A stretch of DNA of 63,878 nt, the filler included, from Octopus bimaculoides (lineage: Eukaryota): the NCBI RefSeq assembly GCF_001194135.2. It is 8 parts of 8 records of this genome, joined end to end, with 100 filler letters (N's around TTAATTAATTAA, not from the genome) between each part and the next. Parts side by side here need not be neighbours in the genome. Positions count along the whole stretch, not along the records: positions 1 to 20,033 come from NC_068983.1; 7 more parts are not named here. One strand, written 5' to 3'. This document shows, one piece after another, positions 1 through 13,056 of this stretch (positions are counted from its first letter, which is position 1; every line of letters starts with the position of its first letter). The notes below the pieces were generated by a model, which was not told the origin of the DNA, searched no databases, and saw nothing but the letters and a program-made list of their open reading frames with translations. The position numbers were made by a program, and so were the translations under genes.

Positions 1-36
<36 letters not shown>

Positions 37-2766
37 AGAGACCAGACTATCAGACGCTGCTTTGTGTCGCTGGTTACACCGAGTCTTTTTGCATTGTGAT
101 AGTGTTTGAACGATGCCACCATGTTGGCTACGCGATTAGTCTAACGTTCCTCTGATTAGAATACTAGCTTATTGCAGGCCTTACGCATTTACAGCTGATT
201 GAACTGGAGCGACGTGAATTTAAGTTTGATGAAACACACAACGCGCAACCGTTTTGTCATTCGTAACTACGATCTTACGACTTGAGTGCAGCATCCTAGC
301 CACTAGGTCTCTCACCTTCACATACTCATACGCACACACACATGTTTACACACACGTATCCATACACGCACGAACATACAGGCACATGTACACACACACA
401 CACACACACTCACACACACATACACACACACACACACACAAACACAAAACACACACACACACATATCGTTATCTGAAACTTATAAAGTGCATTCAAATAT
501 ATATTTTACATGGCGCAAATAGTATCTGATATTATAGAACAATATGTTAGTTTGAGTGGTTAGATAAGTTTTATTTTATCAGCTGTGAACAGCCCAGCCT
601 ACAGCCATCTTAGAATATACTGAAAGCACACCCCTACGCACACACACGTATGTATACATGCATACATACATATCTGCCTATCTCTATATATCGATGTATG
701 TATGTTTGCATATATGTATACATGTATATATGTATATATGTATGTATATATGTATGTATGCATGTATGTATGTATGTATGTATGTATGTATGCGTGTATG
801 TATGCGTGTATGTATGCGTGTATGTATGTATGTAATTATATATCTATATGTATAATACATATATATATATNNNNNNNNNNNNNNNNNNNNNNNNNNNNNN
901 NNNNNNNNNNNNNNNNNNNNNNNNNNNNNNNNNNNNNNNNNNNNNNNNNNNNNNNNNNNNNNNNNNNNNNNNNNNNNNNNNNNNNNNNNNNNNNNNNNNN
1001 NNNNNNNNNNNNNNNNNNNNNNNNNNNNNNNNNNNNNNNNNNNNNNNNNNNNNNNNNNNNNNNNNNNNNNNNNNNNNNNNNNNNNNNNNNNNNNNNNNNN
1101 NNNNNNNNNNNNNNNNNNNNNNNNNNNNNNNNNNNNNNNNNNNNNNNNNNNNNNNNNNNNNNNNNNNNNNNNNNNNNNNNNNNNNNNNNNNNNNNNNNNN
1201 NNNNNNNNNNNNNNNNNNNNNNNNNNNNNNNNNNNNNNNNNNNNNNNNNNNNNNNNNNNNNNNNNNNNNNNNNNNNNNNNNNNNNNNNNNNNNNNNNNNN
1301 NNNNNNNNNNNNNNNNNNNNNNNNNNNNNNNNNNNNNNNNNNNNNNNNNNNNNNNNNNNNNNNNCTATCAAACACATATTTGGAATATTGAAAGAGTAAA
1401 TATATATATATATATATATTTTTTTTAGTAAAGGTCATTGCACAGGATTCTTGGTTTATCACAATAAATCTGACATTCCGGAATGCAGTTACTTTTCCTT
1501 TGGAGTCGATTAATAAATTCTCATACATAAATATCAAAAATGTATATATAAAGTATACATAAGTACCCCCCCCCCATATATATATATATATATATTTATA
1601 TATATGCATATGTAGTACGGCTGTTGCTATATTTACTAAGCTATACGAAAGTTTGAGTATTAGCAGCTGCAAGTCCTCAGTATGTTTTGAGAACATATAC
1701 ACAACTAGATAATTAATCTTTTAATTCGTTCCAGTGTGTCTCTTGCTGTTAAAATGTTTCTCACAGCATAGTGTATTTGAATGGTGCATTAACTAAAACT
1801 ATATCTAGTTTCCTAGCCACTAAAATGGCGAATTTAAACACGGAGGTCATTAGAATAGTGAATTATTGAAAAAGGTGTAAGAAGTTGACATTTTCAAGCA
1901 CTATATATTCTCCATATTTAAATATTGCTTCTAGGAAGGAAATTTAAATGTATGTGTCAAAGAAATGAAATTTGATAAAGTAGGAAATATCAGCAAGGTT
2001 ATTTTATTCAACAGAAAAGTGATAGTAAAGGTTTTATGTTTGCACACATATCCGGAAAAAATATGTAAAAGCCTGAAAAATATATAACATTTCCTTTCAA
2101 ATATTGCATAAAATATTAAATTATTTATGAATGCATCAAATTTGGTAAAAATGGCAACCTGAGATGCAAATAACATTAATCATCACATCTCTCTTTGAAA
2201 GAATAACTCTGTCTTTATTCCTCTCTTTCTCTCACTTCTCTCTCTGACTACTTCTGTGTGTCTCTCTATCACATCTTATACTCCACCAAGTCATACATGT
2301 GCTCCTTAAAGCTTCTAATGCTCTTATACTCGCAACCCAGATAAAAATTAAACTTTGGAAGTATTCTCTTACGTTTCCTATTTATCTTTCGTTGTTCATT
2401 CTAGAAATAATATAAAACCCACTATACCCGTTACATTATTCTGCACTGACTGTTAGTCAAGAGTAAATTATATTCAATACTGCAGATTCCATTCTTTATA
2501 ATTTATCTTAACTTTTTTATTCACCTCAGTTATTGGAATTTAGCCATACTGGTTCACGCACGTAAAACAGTTTAATGGTTTATATCAACACCAATTATTT
2601 TTCACGTACATATTCTATTCACTTCCTAAGGAAAATCCGGTGTAAAAGCGTATTAATCAATCGAAATTAAATACCACACAAAGAATATTCAAGGCAACAA
2701 TTTATTTCTTGATCCGATACATAGACACATACATGCATGTATATATATATATATTCTCCCATTCAC

Positions 2767-3761
2767 TACTATATCTCTCTCTTCCTCCCTGTCTCTCGTT
2801 GCTCACCTACAATCTACTTCCTCCCCTTTTCTCCCTCTACCACTCTTTCTCCTTACCCCTCGCTAGTCATATGTGTCCGGCCACTACTTCCTTTCATACC
2901 TTGGCCATCACCAAGCTCACACGAACATTCTTCGTTTCTCTTCCTTCCAGGTCGTTGCTTCACAGCGTTCAGTATACACATATTTTTTCACGTCTGGCCG
3001 TATAGCCTTTCTTGTTTATTTTCACTGTTTCGTTCTCCAATCTTGTTTTCTGTCTGCCACTACATTCCTCCACGGTACAAATTTAATATGTGGTCCGTGG
3101 GAAGAGCTATTCTAACAATGTGCCCTGCCCTAACTCTTCGAAACGCTTAGGTTTAGAATGGTGGCAGCTGATGAAGGAAATGTTCTCTATGTGGCCTGTG
3201 TGTTTTCTGTACTCTGTTTATCATTTTGTCCACGTTTTTGTTTGCAACGTCCTGTACCCAGATATGCATCCATATATACATGTAGATGTAGGTATGTACA
3301 TACATGTACTTATATATATGCATATACTCGTATATTATTTGTATTACATGATCGAATGCACGCGTCATCCTTGCAAGTAAGTTTCAACTTTATATATCTG
3401 ACGCGACTCTATCTATCTTTGTATCTTTCTCCACCTCTCGTTCTTCCTTCTGTTGTTCTTCGCCTCTCCCCTTCAATACTATATCTCTCTCTTCCACCCT
3501 GTCTCTCGTTGCTCACCTATATTCTACTTTCTCCTCTTTTCTCCCTCTACCACTATTTCTCCGTACCTCTCGCTGGTCATATGTGTCCGGCGACTACTTC
3601 CTTTCATATCTTGGCCATTGCCAAGCTCGCACGAACATTCTTCGTCTCTTTTCCTTCCAGGTCGTTGCTTCACAGCGTTCAGTATACACATATTTTTTCA
3701 CGTCTGGCTGTATAGCCTTTCTTGTTTATTTTCACTGCTTGGATTTCCTGTCTTGTTTTCT
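2767..3761 (+). mobile_element. Partial tandem (1.4 units, period 710 bp) of the non-coding family that forms the 22770-23618 palindrome
   Basis: Direct repeats 2767-3051 and 3477-3761 (about 90% identical by eye); reverse complement of 2990-3330 aligns with palindrome arm motifs (ACAGTGAAAAYAAACA, GAACGCT, CTGATGAAGG, GGTACAGGAC). Confidence 0.75.
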
Positions 3762-4667
3762 NNNNNNNNNNTATATATATAAGCAATGTTAATTCTAGCG
3801 GTCAGCCACACTTAAGTGGCAATATACTACACTTTATATATATATATATATATGTATATATGTACACACATCCTCTCTTCCCTCCGTACACACAGATACA
3901 CCCACATACACATATTGTGTGTGTACAGATAGATGTTCTATAGCTACTGCATAAATTAGAGCATTACGTAGTTTATCATTATCCAGTCAGTTTCCAGTAT
4001 AGTGGTTAGTCTTTCACTCTAGCTAGTATTGTTTCTGGTTATGATATTTAAAGCATCTGCAGGAGAAAATTTTGATAATTACGGGTAGAAATTACGATTA
4101 TCCTTATACATGTCTATCTATCTATCTATCTATCTACCTCTCTATATATATGCATATATATATATATATATATAAACATACGTAAATACACACACACNNN
4201 NNNNNNNNNNNNNNNNNNNNNNNNNNNNNNNNNNNNNNNNNNNNNNNNNNNNNNNNNNNNNNNNNNNNNNNNNNNNNNNNNNNNNNNNNNNNNNNNNNNN
4301 NNNNNNNNNNNNNNNNNNNNNNNNNNNNNNNNNNNNNNNNNNNNNNNNNNNNNNNNNNNNNNNNNNNNNNNNNNNNNNNNNNNNNNNNNNNNNNNNNNNN
4401 NNNNNNNNNNNNNNNNNNNNNNNNNNNNNNNNNNNNNNNNNNNNNNNNNNNNNNNNNNNNNNNNNNNNNNNNNNNNNNNNNNNNNNNNNNNNNNNNNNNN
4501 NNGCTGGTGTGTTTACGTCCCCGTAACTTAGCGGTTCGGCAAAAAGAGACCGATAGAATAAGTACTAGAATTACAAAGACTAAGTCCTGGGGTCGATTTC
4601 CTCGACTAAAGGCGATGCTCCAGCATGGCCGCAGTCAAGTGACTGAAACAAGTAAACGAGTAAAAGA

Positions 4668-4719
<52 letters not shown>

Positions 4720-4956
4720 ATGTGTGTGTGTGTGTCTGTATATATATATGTGTGCGTGTGTGTATTTATATACTTCATAGATGAGACCCAATATTCTCCG
4801 TAAAAAATACCCTTAGCAGTGCTCAAGAGATTTAAACTTGAGCGGTTATAGAGATAAATGTAAGAATAAGCAATTTAGAGAGATCAATATATAGTGTGTA
4901 TTAAATGCATGAAATACAAAAAAAGTATATAAGTATCCATATGAAAAGGTCCAAAT

Positions 4957-5127
4957 ATGGCTGAGCTGAACAAATTAAAAGATGACAAAACAATAACAAT
5001 CAAAGAGGCCGATAAAGGGAATGCAGTTGTCTTAATGGATACGCCATACTATATAACTGTAGTACTATCCCTATTGGAAGACACAACATATGAAAAGGCC
5101 CAACACTACAGTCAGCAGAAAATAATG
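4957..5127 (+). mobile_element. Penelope-like element fragment, region N-terminal to RT
   Basis: ELNKLKDDKTITIKEADKGNAVVLMDTPYY...LLEDTTYEK: the IK.ADKG..VV.MD..Y motif typical of PLE ORFs. Confidence 0.8.
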
Positions 5128-5156
5128 ACTTTTTTCCATATATATATATATACATA

Positions 5157-5187
<31 letters not shown>

Positions 5188-7872
5188 ACACGCACACACA
5201 CGCGTGCGCCCACTCATATCATTGAGATTGAATATAACTATGCATTCCACGGCAATTATGATTGAGGCAGTAAAACTTGCCACTGCTTGACATCTGGATT
5301 ATGTTATCTATATCTACTAATTTATCTCTCTATCTCTCTAAAGCAAAATGTTATCCCTTTGGGAGTTTAGGTCTTTAATATCAACATATTTTCATTATAT
5401 AATACATGAGTGTAGAAAGGATAAATTAATACACAGGCAATGAACAGAATTTTTAAATGTTTTAAAATATTGATTAAATTTGTTCTTCATTCCTCAATCG
5501 CACGCAATTTTGATGAATCACAACCTCCGTAAGGCACCATAGATTTGACGCAGAAATTGAATGTGTCGTGTTCTTCAGTTCACGTTAATCACGTGATTTG
5601 GGGGGTGGGGGTGGAAAGTGGGACTTTAGTTTCGTCAACTGCAAAAGCACCTTTCCCATGAACAACGTTCTTTTGTCAGTACAGAACATTTATGTTAGTT
5701 GTAAAGTAAAATGTGTACTGTATGTCAATACAGTTATGAGCAAATGATAAAAGGTGGCCAAATCGACACCAGGACTTCCTCTGCTAAAGGTCTTATGCGT
5801 GAAACATGAACTGTATTGTCCATAGACCTCATCTGCTATATTATCCAGGACGTCATCTGCTAAGGGTCTTGCTTTGTATGAAACAAACTGTATTGTTCAT
5901 TATAAATTTCTAAATGATAAGCATCATTACTGAAAACATTCATGGCCAGCAACCTCATCGTCTAAATGAAATATTACCCTGAGGATGTACAGCGTTGCTT
6001 AACAGAGAAAGTGTTATTTTAGAACCAGCATAGCAATGTAAGGCCTTCTCTGCAAAGCAAAACCAAGAAATAATGTGAGCTTTGGGACGGAAGTACTTCC
6101 TTATACATATGCTCACCAAAGTGAGTACCTGTGTGTGAAAGCTTGATTCGAATGCTAGAACATCTCATAAGTCACAGGATATCCGAAGACGTAGGATACG
6201 TGTAAAAGCAAATTATTTGTTTAAATCATAAAATGGTAGTGTTTTTTTTAATCTATTTTTTTTTTTCGTTTGAACGATTGTGCGGAGCAGTACACTATTT
6301 CTAGTTAGGGTATGAATGATACTTTCACAAATAATAAAGACTTGCATTTGAGCTGATTAAAATTCTTCTATTATATATCCCAACCTATTGACGTATACTT
6401 AAAAATAAACATACCTCTCTATAGATTATTGAGGATAGCTGCTTATTAATTTGTGACAGTCTGTAACTTTTATTTAAAGAAAGCAATTGTTAAAGTTACG
6501 ACAATTCTGACACGTTCTAATTTTAGTATATATTTTTCATGTGGAATAATGTGGTTTACTAGCATCTTACATTATTGAAGATCTCAGCTACAAAAAACTA
6601 ATTTTAGCTCATTTCCAGATCACTGCCACTTTATACTAATCAAACGGGTTTCCTGTATGTTTTCGGATATGAACTAGCGTGTCGCCAGTATGCATGTCCT
6701 GTATTGAATGTCTTCGTTCACTACAGTTGTGTTAAACTATAACGCCAACTGAACATTTTGGGGATGGCCCTCATTGATTTTCAGGAATCATCATTAATAT
6801 TTTGAATGCATTGGATACAATCCCGGTGTCCTTATTGTGTTCAAAACGTTAGAATTGTTGTTTCTTTCTGAATATTGTGTACAAAAGAAATTGCAAAATT
6901 CAGAAAGCCACCAATGTTTAAATCACTGTTCCCCACAAATATATGACAGCAATAACTTGCATGTCCTTTCATTTCTTCAGTTTGTATTTTATCTGCAATG
7001 AGGAATCTGAAAGCAATAAGAACATATCTTTTAAATGGTAAGAAAAAAGTTCTACACTGATAATTAAGGGTCTGAAAACACCATACACACGCTGTTCAAT
7101 GATTAACTGACCCTATGGCATGATTATTGTTGCTTGAAATATTCTATTTTCGTTCATGCAAACACCTATTATAAGTGTTTATACACGCATATGTACACAC
7201 GCACGTATATATGTATAGCCATTGATGTATATGTGAGTATGAAACAATGTAATTGTTAATGAATTCATGGTAACAATTATGATGTTTATGACCTTTTGTG
7301 TGTACATAAATGTGTGTGCATATATATATACACATACGCTCATGTATATGTATATATATATATATATAACACGATTGAATCGCCTCATATTTGACCTCTA
7401 GAGGCAGCTAAACTCTGTTCTGCTTAATTTATCTGAAATATGTTACATCTACTCCCCACTTGATAAATGATTTATCGATAACTGCTTCGGTTGTCTTAAT
7501 CACATTTTTCGCTAATAAAAATAATAACTTTCCCTGTGATATTTTTTTTATTACAACGGATAGATCTGGGATTCCGATAATCTACCTTGTCCCGATGCAA
7601 ACATCTCTAACCCAGCCTCTACTACGATGCTTTAAACATTTCTTTGTTTTTGTCGTTGCTGTTGTTGCTGTTGTTGTGGGGTTTTGATGATTTGATACTC
7701 AGTGTTATCTATAATTACATTTTCTAATTAGGGAAATAACTCTTGTTGCTCCGTGGTGGCCCGAAATTCTATCATGTACAGCCAAAGGGAAAAAGGGTAA
7801 CACAGAAATTGATTCCGATTCGGTGTAACACGCACACGCACACGCACACGCACGCACATACACATCTATGCT

Positions 7873-7907
<35 letters not shown>

Positions 7908-7994
7908 CAAAATTCATACATATATACGTACATATATATGTATGTGTGTACGCTTGCATCTATGCATGTATGCATGCATGTATGTATGCGTGTA

Positions 7995-8025
<31 letters not shown>

Positions 8026-9005
8026 NNNNNNNNNNNNNNNNNNNNNNNNNNNNNNNNNNNNNNNNNNNNNNNNNNNNNNNNNNNNNNNNNNNNNNNNNNN
8101 NNNNNNNNNNNNNNNNNNNNNNNNNNNNNNNNNNNNNNNNNNNNNNNNNNNNNNNNNNNNNNNNNNNNNNNNNNNNNNNNNNNNNNNNNNNNNNNNNNNN
8201 NNNNNNNNNNNNNNNNNNNNNNNNNNNNNNNNNNNNNNNNNNNNNNNNNNNNNNNNNNNNNNNNNNNNNNNNNNNNNNNNNNNNNNNNNNNNNNNNNNNN
8301 NNNNNNNNNNNNNNNNNNNNNNNNNNNNNNNNNNNNNNNNNNNNNNNNNNNNNNNNNNNNNNNNNNNNNNNNNNNNNNNNNNNNNNNNNNNNNNNNNNNN
8401 NNNNNNNNNNNNNNNNNNNNNNNNNNNNNNNNNNNNNNNNNNNNNNNNNNNNNNNNNNNNNNNNNNNNNNNNNNNNNNNNNNNNNNNNNNNNNNNNNNNN
8501 NNNNNNNNNNNNNNNNNNNNNNNNNNNNNNNNNNNNNNNNNNNNNNNNNNNNNNNNNNNNNNNNNNNNNNNNNNNNNNNNNNNNNNNNNNNNNNNNNNNN
8601 NNNNNNNNNNNNNNNNNNNNNNNNNNNNNNNNNNNNNNNNNNNNNNNNNNNNNNNNNNNNNNNNNNNNNNNNNNNNNNNNNNNNNNNNNNNNNNNNNNNN
8701 NNNNNNNNNNNNNNNNNNNNNNNNNNNNNNNNNNNNNNNNNNNNNNNNNNNNNNNNNNNNNNNNNNNNNNNNNNNNNNNNNNNNNNNNNNNNNNNNNNNN
8801 NNNNNNNNNNNNNNNNNNNNNNNNNNNNNNNNNNNNNNNNNNNNNNNNNNNNNNNNNNNNNNNNNNNNNNNNNNNNNNNNNNNNNNNNNNNNNNNNNNNN
8901 NNNNNNNNNNNNNNNNNNNNNNNNNNNNNNNNNNNNNNNNNNNNNNNNNNNNNNNNNNNNNNNNNNNNNNNNNNNNNNNNNNNNNNNNNNNNNNNNNNNN
9001 NNNNN

Positions 9006-9630
9006 GGGGAGAGGAGAAGAATAGGGAAAGTGTGGGAAAGAAAAACAGAAAGGGAGACAGATAGACAGAGAAGAGATGATAGAAGAGATAGAGGAAGAGT
9101 GCGCATCGTAATTATTAAGATAAAACTTACTTGGAAAAGGATGCGTGGCGTTCGATCATATAATAATATAAATAATATATAAATATATACATATATACAT
9201 ACGTATATGTACATACCTACATATGGTGGTTGTCTACTCCTTAAACAGAGTTTGACCACCTCCTGCACCTACACCTTAGCCCTTTCATGGCATCTGATGT
9301 GGCTTTTTAAACCAGACAGTGTTTTGAAAAAACACCCACACAGATTGCACCTCTGATTTGCACTACCAATACCTGCAAGTAAGTTCTGCTCATTGTGGAT
9401 CCTAACATGTCTTTTAAGACCCCCATTGGATTTGCAAACCCTCTGGCACACACCACATTCAAACGTGTGCACAGACATATAATCAGAATAGCTGGATGAG
9501 GTTACAGGACATTAAAAATACGTAGACACAATGAGAAACGAAAGCATAAAGCAAAAACAGAAAACGAACATTTTTTCGAACGAAAAAAAAGAGAACCGAG
9601 ACATGCAACATAAAGAACATTCCCTATATA
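9006..9630 (-). mobile_element. Copy of the ~710-bp family interrupted by an RTE zinc-finger tail
   Basis: 9100-9180 is the reverse complement of about 3340-3410; 9200-9222 has the TATATGTACATACCTACAT head; 9500-9625 resumes with TACAGGAC...ATAAAGAACATTCCCT. Confidence 0.6.
9225..9478 (-). mobile_element. LINE (probably RTE-type) 3' end with two C2H2 zinc fingers
   Basis: CGVCQRVCKSNGGLKRHVRIH and CNLCGCFFKTLSGLKSHIRCH then stop; decayed second copy at about 10462-10575 (GTGGTTGTCTACT...TCTGATGTGGCTTTTTAAAC). Confidence 0.65.
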
Positions 9631-9658
9631 TACACACACAAAGAAAGGAAGAGAAAGT

Positions 9659-9762
<104 letters not shown>

Positions 9763-10589
9763 GAACGGTGAAAGGGAGAGAAGAATAGGGAAAAGGTGGG
9801 AGAGAAAAACAGAAAGGATGAAGAACATATGTATGTATATATATATAGGTGTGTGTATGAGCTTATGTGTCTGTATATATTCATGAGTGTCTGTATATCT
9901 GTGTATGTGTAAGTGTATAAGATTGAGTAGGTATATGCTCGCGAATATATCCGGTGGATAGATGGTATGTAGAGTCTATTAATGTCTATTGAAAATGCAA
10001 TTGATAGTCTTTCGTTTTCATGTTGTCCGGAATGTGATGTCATTTCCTTCTCGATCCGCACTTTGTCTCGATGTCTCATGGTTCCATTTAGACCTTTGGT
10101 AGCTTTGTGGAAAGTACCCTATTTACTTTCATTCGGTAAGGTACAAGATTTGCTCCTTTGGGATATTTGCTCACATTGAAAGAAGATTAATTCCTCTTTG
10201 GCACACTGTCTATCCTCCTTTAAGGAAATGTATGTCTCCTTGCACATTAGCATTGACGAAATTTTAGCCGAAAAAAATCGACTCCAGAATTTTTTTTCTT
10301 TTAAAGGCTGGTACTTATTCAGTCATTTCTTTCTGCCGAACCGTCAGCTGGAGGGGAGGGGTGCGTAAATCGGTTGACAAGTAGTAGTAGGAAAGGGGCA
10401 CACAGGTTTAAACACGCGCATAAACACACACACACAAACGCACGTGCACACACACACACATGGTGGTTGTCTACTTCTCATGCATAGGAGTACTTACACC
10501 TTAGATCCATCATGGCGTCTGATGTGGCTTTTTAAACAAAACATTGTATTGAAAAGACACCCATATACGTTGAAAACCGACAAAATTTG

Positions 10590-11275
10590 TTACCTCGCAA
10601 AAAATGTGTCTAGCTTGGAAGAACATTCATGCTGTCATGTTTGCGACATCAGGGAATGATGCTCCAGCTTTATCAGCAGTGCTAAAGGAGGCAGCTGAAT
10701 TTAGGAATGGAAAGGAGAGTATTGAAGATGACCTAAGGTCTGAACGTCTTCCAGCTAGGAAAACTTTGATTGTGTTCACCATACGATGATGGATGACTGG
10801 CGACTGGCTATGAATGGAATAGTCAATGCCGTTAGCATATCTCACGAGAGACTTGAAAATATTCTGGACAATGAACTCGGCATGACAACGATTTCAGCTG
10901 TGTCCGTGCCATATCTTCTAACACCTGATCAAAAGCGCACTAGCCTGATCACATAACGACATTGCCTGAGGCATATCCAGCTGGTTTCTGTCAAAGTCTC
11001 TTAAGCCAGGATGAGTGCTGGCTTCATCAGTTTGAGTCAGAGACAAAAAGAGACAATCTATGATGGAGAAACACCTCTCTACATCTGATCCAAAGTGATC
11101 CAATGTCGTTACATCTACAAGGAATGTTAAGGCTTCAAACTTTTGGGTTGCAAAAGGCATTGCGTTTATTGACTATCTTCGAAATGGTGACAGCATCAAT
11201 GGAGAGTACTATGCCACTTGCTGAGGCTGGTAAGAAAAGCTATCAAGATCAAATGTCCATAAAAACGAACGACAA
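10590..11275 (+). mobile_element. Decayed mariner transposase
   Basis: APALSAVLKEAAEFRNGKESIEDDLRSERLP; SVPYLLTPDQK (WVP-L motif); KVKASNFWVAKGIAFIDYLRNGDSINGEYYA, across frameshifts. Confidence 0.8.
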
Positions 11276-11287
11276 ACGTCTTGTAAG

Positions 11288-11615
11288 TTCGGGCCGGGGC
11301 CTATGGATAATTTCCAGAGATCCCTGGCCTGGCAATGCTATCGAGACGCACTACCAGTTCGAGAGAAGATCTACAGACACGGTTCGAAAACCACCGGACC
11401 GACCTGCCCGAGATGCGGTTAGAGCGACGAAACCGTTCTGCACGCAATCGTGCAGTGTCCAGATATTTCAGAGCTGTGAACCTTAGTCGAACGGCTGTTG
11501 TCGCGTGTGGGACGAGCCCACTTATCAGCCGAGTCTATCGTGAATATTGTTCCGCCACCTTCCTTTAAACGGGAGGGAAAAACGGTTTTTGTAACACTGA
11601 TAGCTATGGCAAAAG
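11288..11615 (+). mobile_element. Tx1/L1-clade LINE C-terminal CCHC zinc-knuckle fragment
   Basis: Hand translation FGPGPMDNFQRSLAWQCYRDALPVREKIYRHGSKTTGPTCPRCG*SDETVLHAIVQCP. Confidence 0.8.
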
Positions 11616-13056
11616 NNNNNNNNNNNNNNNNNNNNNNNNNNNNNNNNNNNNNNNNNNNNNNNNNNNNNNNNNNNNNNNNNNNNNNNNNNNNNNNNNNNNN
11701 NNNNNNNNNNNNNNNNNNNNNNNNNNNNNNNNNNNNNNNNNNNNNNNNNNNNNNNNNNNNNNNNNNNNNNNNNNNNNNNNNNNNNNNNNNNNNNNNNNNN
11801 NNNNNNNNNNNNNNNNNNNNNNNNNNNNNNNNNNNNNNNNNNNNNNNNNNNNNNNNNNNNNNNNNNNNNNNNNNNNNNNNNNNNNNNNNNNNNNNNNNNN
11901 NNNNNNNNNNNNNNNNNNNNNNNNNNNNNNNNNNNNNNNNNNNNNNNNNNNNNNNNNNNNNNNNNNNNNNNNNNNNNNNNNNNNNNNNNNNNNNNNNNNN
12001 NNNNNNNNNNNNNNNNNNNNNNNNNNNNNNNNNNNNNNNNNNNNNNNNNNNNNNNNNNNNNNNNNNNNNNNNNNNNNNNNNNNNNNNNNNAGAAAAGCTC
12101 TACTTTGTAATTTGTCCATTTTCTGTATTTAGCCCTGTGTGGCTATAATAAAAAGATATCTATCTATCTATCTACCTATCTATCTATTTATCTTCCTATC
12201 TACATAATACTGTATATATATTTTGTCAAGATAATTCGTGTGAAAATGTCATTAGTCGTTGCTTTCAATTCTCAATAGACATCCAATTATTTATTTGCTT
12301 TTTTTTAAATATATAGGTTAGAAAATTTGTTTAAATTAAATACGCTGATATCAAATTATCATTGAAACACAAAGCTAAACAAATAATATATTCATTGTTT
12401 GAGGATTATATTTATTGAAAGATAGAACTCTCCACAGACGTTTCAATGACTCTTAGATTATTTTACATTGCAAATATTTTGCAAACAAGAAGCTGAGATT
12501 TCATTTCAGAGTGTATGAGATAAAGAATTTACGATAATTCCCCTGAGCATTGCACAGATACCGCTTCAATTATACAATCGCATTAATTTCCAAGATGTAC
12601 GAGCAAACATAACTCTAGGCATTATGTATGGGCGTTGCACACTTGTCTTCATGCTAAAGAATTTAAAAGCTCAAAAATATCTCCGAAGCAAAATTTCTCT
12701 ATTCTTTCTGTACATTTATCAAGAGAGATCTGTGTTACATATAATATTGAAGTGAGATGTTGGCACAATGCCAGCAATTTCGGGAGAAGGGATAGGTGGA
12801 TTATATCGCCTCTCGTGCTCAAGTGGTACTTATTTTATCGACTCCGAAATGAGAGAAGGCAGAGTCGATCTCAGCGGAATTCGAACTTAGAACGTAAAGA
12901 CAGATAAAATGCTTGGAAGCATTTTGCTCGGACAGTGACGGTTATGCGAGCTCACCACCTCACTAGGACACATGATATTGTTTCCGAGTTGATTACATAG
13001 ATGCATACCTACCTACATACATTTGTATATGTATATTATTAAAACTATATATATAT

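Noticed and set aside
11000-11035. Minus-strand CUGAUGA-A-GCCAG/CUGGC hairpin
   Set aside because: No GAAA after the stem; it lies in the mariner DE.W.H coding segment on the other strand
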